A stretch of 64,000 nucleotides of DNA from a virus (lineage: Duplodnaviria > Caudoviricetes). The DNA lies in IMG/VR virus record IMGVR_UViG_3300021181_000004; one strand, written 5' to 3'. The notes beneath the pieces are model-generated. The model searched no databases. It saw nothing but the letters and a program-made list of their open reading frames with translations, and was not told the origin of the DNA. Position 1 is the first letter of the stretch. Every line of letters starts with the position of its first letter. The translations under genes were made by a program, and so were the position numbers. Below are positions 58,261 through 64,000 of the stretch, one piece after another.

Positions 58261-58325
58261 GATTTAGTCCTTAATTTTGGTACGTGCGCCTCCCTGATTC
58301 TTACGTGCGCCTCACCTTCGTCTTT

Positions 58326-59654
58326 TCATTCAGAAACTTCTAGTACAGGTGCTTCCGATGTTCGGCGAGTACGATAGGGCTTGCGTTGCTTCGGGACTTC
58401 TGCATTGTTCATGAAAGCATCGCGCAAGATCCTGATCCTATTACGTGCACGATTGAATGCTGCTTCATCACAATTCAAGAATTGAGCGGCCTCGTTGAAA
58501 GTTCCTGTTGCTGCAATGGCCTCCATTACGGGGACTAGTTGGGGGTCATGCTTTTCCAAGAAGGTGGCGAATTCTCTTAGAAAGACGCGGTTTTCATGTT
58601 TGGTCTGCTCTTGATGCGAAATATGCATGAGATGCGAACTGTTGGTATGGACATATTCGTCATCCACAACCTCATAATTTTCGGGGTCTAATTGCGTGGA
58701 TAGCGAATAGTTCCCAGGTCTACAAATTGGATTTTTGTTGCGCTTGCTCATGATCGTATTGAATCTGTTGGCAAGGCAATTGTTAACGTAGTTTCGGAAT
58801 CGTTTCTCCGAGGCTCCATATTGGAGCTCTGGGTTAAACGTCTGAATCACGTCTTGCATGCCTGCCAACCGCCATTTACTGCGTTCAGGCAGGTACTTCA
58901 TGTGCAGCAGCAACTCCATCTCCCAGTCCTCTACATCTTCGTCCACAATGTATTTATGCAGCCGTTTTTTGACCCAATTACGAATATAATGAGGCCAACG
59001 TTCCCAGAATTCTTCAAAATTGCGTGGCACGCAGAAGCCATCATCTCCAATGAAATGGTTTGTTTCCTGATCGATGGAAAATTTATCACCTGTGTATTTT
59101 GCATCAGTTTGCACGTTCTCAGTTTTGTGTTCTAAGACGTCGAGTATCAGGTCATCCACGTTATCTGTGTCGATTTTTACCGTAATAACGGGATCGTCAG
59201 AACGGTCAAGACGAGATTCAAGCTGAGGATCGCTCGCAAGGTTCCAGACTCCATTAGTATGGCCACCCGTTAGAGTTCCTGAAATAGGAAGGCCAAATGG
59301 CGGAACACCCACGATGCGCAATGCGTCGTTCCAAGGGATTACTATTGCATCTTTGTATTCTATTTTTCCTGCGATTTCTTCAACAAGCACAGCAAATCGA
59401 GGGAGAATACGACCTTCCCACAATTTCTTGTTCTTGCTGATAGCAAGTTCCTGCCAATAGTTTAATCTTTTGGCGGGTTCTAATTTCTCTGGATGCTCCC
59501 TGCGTGGCCAAAAAGTTCCTTCAGGAAGAGGGGTATAGGCAAATTTTAACAAAGCGGCATCCACTAACCCGCCTTGCAAATTGATTTTTATGGAGCGGTT
59601 CGGAGCAAGGACTTTGAAGACAGATGTAGCTTGAAACAAATCTGAAACGAACAT
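58326..59654 (-). CDS. Sigma-factor-like protein with N-terminal extension
   Basis: DVEDWEMELLL...FNPE...RFRNYV..CLANRF (region 2-like); TFNEAAQFLNCDEAAFNRARNRI (region 4 HTH-like). Confidence 0.6.
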   Translation of the reverse strand: MFVSDLFQATSVFKVLAPNRSIKINLQGGLVDAALLKFAYTPLPEGTFWPRREHPEKLEPAKRLNYWQELAISKNKKLWEGRILPRFAVLVEEIAGKIEYKDAIVIPWNDALRIVGVPPFGLPISGTLTGGHTNGVWNLASDPQLESRLDRSDDPVITVKIDTDNVDDLILDVLEHKTENVQTDAKYTGDKFSIDQETNHFIGDDGFCVPRNFEEFWERWPHYIRNWVKKRLHKYIVDEDVEDWEMELLLHMKYLPERSKWRLAGMQDVIQTFNPELQYGASEKRFRNYVNNCLANRFNTIMSKRNKNPICRPGNYSLSTQLDPENYEVVDDEYVHTNSSHLMHISHQEQTKHENRVFLREFATFLEKHDPQLVPVMEAIAATGTFNEAAQFLNCDEAAFNRARNRIRILRDAFMNNAEVPKQRKPYRTRRTSEAPVLEVSE

Positions 59655-59708
59655 TAAACCTCCACAAACGGATTACTGAGATTTTACAATCCCATGTATC
59701 AATATAAC

Positions 59709-59738
59709 ATTCTACGGGACTGCGGGTTGCTTCGGGTA
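59709..59738 (-). promoter_or_regulatory. TACCCG-N17-GTAGWAT class promoter of the sigma-like gene
   Basis: TACCCG-N17-GTAGAAT. Confidence 0.65.
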
Positions 59739-59763
59739 TGCTACTTTAATGGGAGCAGAAAAA

Positions 59764-60258
59764 CTACTTGTTTTTGACCGCGACTTCATTTGCATTGACT
59801 CTTGCTTGCATGGCATAATCTACGCGAGCTTGCTTCTCTAGATGAGATTTTAGAGCAGCTTCCGCAGCTTCTGCTTCTAAAATATCCACCGGATCTTTAG
59901 TGAGATCAGCTACTTGTCGTGATTTTTCAGCTGTTATGCGCAGCTGTTGAGACATGGCGTTATTCACCAGGACATGTGTATCATCGCTAATCTGCTGGAT
60001 AGATTCTAATTTGGAACCAAGTTGATTGTTAGCGGTTACCAGATCTGTTTTGACTTTTTCTACTTGTACAGCGGCATTGGTCGCCGCATTATCCGCTTTT
60101 GTCGCGGCTGCTGTCTGATTCTTTTTTAGGGTGCTAAGTCCAGTCCATGCGACAATCAAAGTAGCCAGACTGCTAATTATCACAGGAATTTCTGTCAGCC
60201 AGAGTTGAGCGGTTGTCATGGGTACAGCGTCGGGAAGTGTCATATTTCTCCTAGTCAA
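59764..60258 (-). CDS. Single-TM coiled-coil protein (holin/spanin-like candidate)
   Basis: IPVIISSLATLIVAWTGL TM, then coiled coil. Confidence 0.5.
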   Translation of the reverse strand: MTRRNMTLPDAVPMTTAQLWLTEIPVIISSLATLIVAWTGLSTLKKNQTAAATKADNAATNAAVQVEKVKTDLVTANNQLGSKLESIQQISDDTHVLVNNAMSQQLRITAEKSRQVADLTKDPVDILEAEAAEAALKSHLEKQARVDYAMQARVNANEVAVKNK

Positions 60259-60281
60259 TCTGTAAAGGGGTTAGAAAGTGC

Positions 60282-62276
60282 TTATCTACGACCTCGCCGT
60301 CCCACGCTTCTGTGCATGAACGGATTTTTCACTGGTATACCACCGCCCATTTGTGATTGCATAAGGACTTTATGCTGACGGTCTAAAATTCGTAAATCTT
60401 GAATCGATACTGCATCCACACTCATGATTGGAGCGGGATTCTTAAACATTTGTTCTTGCATGACTAAACTTAAGCCACTTGGATCTAGAGTCATGCGGCC
60501 TTCTTCGTTTAGCCATTTCAAGGCAAGATAAGCACAACCTTGCGTTGCATCCGACATGTCATCATGAGAGTCTTTCTCTAGTGGGGCTTCTACACGAACC
60601 TGATACTTGTTCGTATACTGAGCTTCCACCATCTTCATTTCATGGAGGTATTTCGGCACGTAGGGAAATGATACACTTCCTCTGTCAATATAGCCTTTAA
60701 GAGTAAAAGCCATCTGAGAGTTAATCGCCGAGGTTAGATTGATAAGTTCAACATTATGGATCTGATTTAATTCAAGAAATTGAATCAGAAGCTGGCCCCC
60801 GTATTGATCCGTTCCTCCTTTGAAACATGGCATGGCTTCGTTAAGGCGAGCAAGCCAAGCCACAACATCTTCTACCGGGAGGCTTCGATACCCGACATAT
60901 TTCTTATTGGTGAGAAGAGGATCATGGATCCAGCGTGGAAATTCAAATTCTTCTCCTACCATCATGCGGTCTATGTAATCAAATACAAGTTTAATGCCTG
61001 TAGCTCCTGTGGATTCTAGATGAGCGATGGCTACAGCTGTGGCATCGTGGTCCAGGCCTAAATCAATCCACCAAAAGAATTGACGGCCAATAGAGGTGGT
61101 ATTGAATGCTACAAGGTTCTCCCTTGCAGTTCCTGCTATGGGATTTTCACCTTTTTCGTCCCATTGACAATCAACGCAAGACTTTAGTGCCGCTTCAGTA
61201 ACATAGGTTTCTGATGACTCTAGAAATTCACCACCGAATTCAGCTTTCCATGTGAGGGAATTCTTATCATATTCATCGCGCAGAACCTCTTCCGTAATGC
61301 GGTGATTCATTTCCGCTGTACTTAGTCGGAGAGTAAAAATTTTACTATCTGCTCCTTGCTCAAGAGCCATTTTGTGGAGATCGTACATCTTACCAACTTT
61401 TTTCCAGGGGCTGCTGATGGATAAGATGAGACGATCGATAACATCGGTGGTTTCGCCATTTATAGTTTCTTTATGAGAAAATTGGGTCGTGGACGGGGTG
61501 GCGGCAGCATAGACTTCATCTGAGGTGCTCCCCTTCTCAGAACGAAAATGGGCAAATTCATCAAAAGCTAAAAATAGAGAAGAAGGGCCACGAACTGCAG
61601 TTGTGGTACACGCAAAGCTCTGCACCTTTATGGTAGGTGTTACATCACGTTTCTGGCGGTCTGATTCTGACACAAATTTCATGGATTCATTTGAGAGGGT
61701 ACGCAGATATGGGGTGAAAAATGGACCACGATTTATGTCCTCTTTCATCTTTTCAAACAAGCGATTTGCACCAAGGTCATCAGCAGAGAGAAATGTGAAG
61801 TCTATAGGTGAACCCGGTACGAGTTGCCAAAATTCTTGTGGGCTAAAGATATTCAACAACTGGTACAAAGCGTACCCAGCCATTGCCGATACTACTTGAG
61901 ATTTCCCCCCACGACGACCAACTATGAAGCAGCCCTCATTGTAGCCGTCGCTAGATAGATCCTGCCAGTTGTCTACATTACAACGACCTTGATCGTGCAA
62001 TATATGAAGAAACTCTATTTCACTGACTTCACGTTCTAGTTTCGAATGGAATTTATCCCACATGGGGACTACGACAGGTTTATAATCTAAGGGTACACCA
62101 AACATCACTTTAACAATAGTTCGTTGCGCTGGATATAGTTTAATGCCGAGACCTTGGGATGACTCGATAAAATCCGTTGCGTTCAATACAGATTTTCCAC
62201 TGTCTACGGCAGCACGGACGATTCTACCAAAAGTAGAGTTAGCCGTTCTTTTAGAGAATCGTTCTTGTTTAGGCAT
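60282..62276 (-). CDS. terL: Terminase large subunit
   Basis: VGRRGGKS Walker A, LAFDEFAHF Walker B, WIDLG..HDATA and HDDMSDA nuclease motifs. Confidence 0.92.
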   Translation of the reverse strand: MPKQERFSKRTANSTFGRIVRAAVDSGKSVLNATDFIESSQGLGIKLYPAQRTIVKVMFGVPLDYKPVVVPMWDKFHSKLEREVSEIEFLHILHDQGRCNVDNWQDLSSDGYNEGCFIVGRRGGKSQVVSAMAGYALYQLLNIFSPQEFWQLVPGSPIDFTFLSADDLGANRLFEKMKEDINRGPFFTPYLRTLSNESMKFVSESDRQKRDVTPTIKVQSFACTTTAVRGPSSLFLAFDEFAHFRSEKGSTSDEVYAAATPSTTQFSHKETINGETTDVIDRLILSISSPWKKVGKMYDLHKMALEQGADSKIFTLRLSTAEMNHRITEEVLRDEYDKNSLTWKAEFGGEFLESSETYVTEAALKSCVDCQWDEKGENPIAGTARENLVAFNTTSIGRQFFWWIDLGLDHDATAVAIAHLESTGATGIKLVFDYIDRMMVGEEFEFPRWIHDPLLTNKKYVGYRSLPVEDVVAWLARLNEAMPCFKGGTDQYGGQLLIQFLELNQIHNVELINLTSAINSQMAFTLKGYIDRGSVSFPYVPKYLHEMKMVEAQYTNKYQVRVEAPLEKDSHDDMSDATQGCAYLALKWLNEEGRMTLDPSGLSLVMQEQMFKNPAPIMSVDAVSIQDLRILDRQHKVLMQSQMGGGIPVKNPFMHRSVGRRGRR

Positions 62277-62320
62277 TCAAATCCTTCACACTGTAAAGGG
62301 ATTTGGTATTGGTCGGATAT

Positions 62321-62350
62321 AAAAGAAAGACCCCACCGAAGTGGGGTCTT
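62321..62350 (-). terminator. Rho-independent terminator
   Basis: AAGACCCCAC-CGAA-GTGGGGTCTT flanked by an A tract on plus. Confidence 0.7.
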
Positions 62351-62370
62351 GTTTGAAACAGACTGAATTG

Positions 62371-62961
62371 CTACTTCTTGTGAATGTGATGCACTGTGAC
62401 GAGGTTCTCGCAAGATGCAACACCATTACAGACCTTTGCATCCCACTGAGCCTTTATTCCTTCCGCAGTAGGCAGATAAGCAGCAACAGAACTGGCCTGT
62501 TTTGCCACCTTGTCCTTAGCAGCAACTTGGTTAGTCTGCAATTGAGGAATTAGAGTAACCACATCGTTTACTACGCCGATGATGAGATTGACCCAATTCG
62601 TAACCAGAGTAACAGTGTTTGGATCGACAATGTGAGCAGCCTTAAGAGCAGCGGACAAATTCGTCTTTACTGCTGCTAGAGCGGCTTGCAGCTTTGCAAG
62701 ATCCGTTTGTGACCCAGAGGCCTCATAACCATTATAAGCTGTCTGGACTACAGTTAACGAGTTGATGCCGATAGTGGCAATCGAAGCGCAAGCAGTAGCA
62801 TCACCCTGATTTTCGATAGCGATAGACGAACAGATTACGTTTCCGGTCTGTAACGCTAGATCGATATCCGATAGAACTTGGTTTACTGCGTTAGCTTGAC
62901 AGCCCACTAGGGCTACTGCAAGTACAATTGCAAGAAATTTGCTACCAAAAGAACGATTCAT
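62371..62961 (-). CDS. Lipoprotein
   Basis: Lipobox LAVALVG-C after hydrophobic signal. Confidence 0.75.
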   Translation of the reverse strand: MNRSFGSKFLAIVLAVALVGCQANAVNQVLSDIDLALQTGNVICSSIAIENQGDATACASIATIGINSLTVVQTAYNGYEASGSQTDLAKLQAALAAVKTNLSAALKAAHIVDPNTVTLVTNWVNLIIGVVNDVVTLIPQLQTNQVAAKDKVAKQASSVAAYLPTAEGIKAQWDAKVCNGVASCENLVTVHHIHKK

Positions 62962-63001
62962 GATTCACCTCACTAATCAATACTAAAGTTTGATTTTGTT
63001 C

Positions 63002-63034
63002 AAACAAAAAGAAGACCCGTCATAAAGACGGGTC
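63002..63034 (-). terminator. Rho-independent terminator
   Basis: GACCCGTC-ATAAA-GACGGGTC with an A tract on plus. Confidence 0.65.
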
Positions 63035-63062
63035 CAGTTCTCTTCTACACGTGGTAGATGAA

Positions 63063-63617
63063 TTACTTAGGTTTTCCACCGCCAGCATGTCCACCGCTTG
63101 CGTGATTAGCATGCCCTTGCGCCCTTTGTGCGCTCGGCTTGCTAATTGGCTTGGTGTTCTGCTTTGCATGTTCAGCATTGACTGTCTTGTTGTTTTCAAC
63201 AGTCTTGTTGTTCACATGCTCGGTATTAACCGTTTTGTTGTTAACATGTTCATTGTTAACAGTTTTATCGTTATGAACACTGCTGCGATAGCCAGCATTA
63301 TTGCGATAGCCATAGAAGTTACCACTGAAACGGTGACCTCCCCAGCCATGGTTGTATCCCCAGTGCTCCCAAGGTCCTACACCGATGAAGATGCCTCCAT
63401 AGAAGTAGTCTGGGCCGTAAAACCCTTCGGGGACACAGGCATACGGTTCATAATCATAGTAACCCCATTCACAAACAGGGGGTTCGCCAATTTCAACGCC
63501 AACAGCAGGAACGCCGATACCGACGCTAACCTGTGCTTGTGCTGGCATTGCAAATGCGCCCATTAACAGCGCGAGAGCTACAGCAAATGTTGCCAAAAAT
63601 GTTTTCATTTTGTTCAC
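63063..63617 (-). CDS. Exported Tyr/Gly/Trp-rich protein of acidobacterial type
   Basis: Signal ..AMPAQA; PPVCEWGYYDYEPYACVPEGFYGPDYFYGGIFIGVGPW; N/V/K repeats. Confidence 0.7.
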   Translation of the reverse strand: MNKMKTFLATFAVALALLMGAFAMPAQAQVSVGIGVPAVGVEIGEPPVCEWGYYDYEPYACVPEGFYGPDYFYGGIFIGVGPWEHWGYNHGWGGHRFSGNFYGYRNNAGYRSSVHNDKTVNNEHVNNKTVNTEHVNNKTVENNKTVNAEHAKQNTKPISKPSAQRAQGHANHASGGHAGGGKPK

Positions 63618-63722
63618 CTCTGTTTAATACTTTGAAAGTTCAGAGATTGAGATAAACTAATTTGTTTACAACAATTTACGAAACTTTACACAGTAGGTTT
63701 AGTACAAGGTTTAACGTAGTGT

Positions 63723-63959
63723 TTAGTGGAAGAATTCTTCGCCTATGACATCTGCCTTGCAGCATGAAGACTGACCAATGGAGTACTCGCCCATTGTTAC
63801 GGTTCGGCCACATTTGCCGCATACTGCACCAGGATGATCTTGTTCTATTTCTGTTGGGGCTGACTTAAATTCTCCAGGTTTGGGGCGTTCAATATACTTT
63901 CCGCCGCTAGGAGAACTTTTTTCTTGAGGAGGTTTTTCGTTGAACAAATGTTCGTGCAA
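63723..63959 (-). CDS. Hypothetical protein, start possibly outside window
   Basis: CGKCG...SSCC. Confidence 0.4.
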   Translation of the reverse strand: MHEHLFNEKPPQEKSSPSGGKYIERPKPGEFKSAPTEIEQDHPGAVCGKCGRTVTMGEYSIGQSSCCKADVIGEEFFH

Positions 63960-64000
63960 AGATGGATTTAAGGCAACCTTCTTTTTAACATCCCAAACCA

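Noticed and set aside
60282-62276. Inteins in terminase, helicase or ligase
   Set aside because: No extra-length insertions or intein terminal motifs (C/S start, HN end) seen.
1-64000. Alternative genetic code (stop reassignment)
   Set aside because: Recognisable enzymes are full length under the standard code and end at TAA, TAG and TGA at sensible boundaries.

Overview
64 kb slice of a large lytic myovirus (jumbo-phage-like, standard genetic code); no CRISPR array, integrase or rRNA seen. Left part (about 3.7-22.4 kb) is a non-structural block: clamp-like protein, C-terminal half of a Rad50/SbcC ATPase, TOPRIM primase, RNA ligase, Nudix, five tRNAs (Ile-GAU, Thr-CGU, Thr-GGU, Thr-UGU, Gln-UUG) plus a tRNA-like relic, PP2C phosphatase, UvrD helicase, NadM-Nudix + NadV NAD salvage pair and two P-loop kinases. 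Right part (22.4-64 kb) is the morphogenesis region: neck/tail proteins, tail sheath, intron-split tail tube, prohead protease, scaffold, Bxz1-type HK97 major capsid protein, large K-x-A-rich head proteins and terminase large subunit. It is interspersed with a WGR-PARP, three endonuclease genes, a bL12-like domain and a sigma-like protein. Features not explained by the ORF track: a 203-nt group I intron beside a free-standing GIY-YIG gene; a fixed-spacing TACCCG-N17-GTAGWAT promoter class; a second late-type motif; long variable arms on Thr/Gln tRNAs; a 50-bp inverted repeat pair spanning 4 kb whose inversion gives an in-frame fusion; and an apparent 93-bp inversion that swaps the C-termini of two convergent genes. 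Exported proteins point (by inference) to an Acidobacteriota host. All family assignments are by motif recognition from memory, not database searches.
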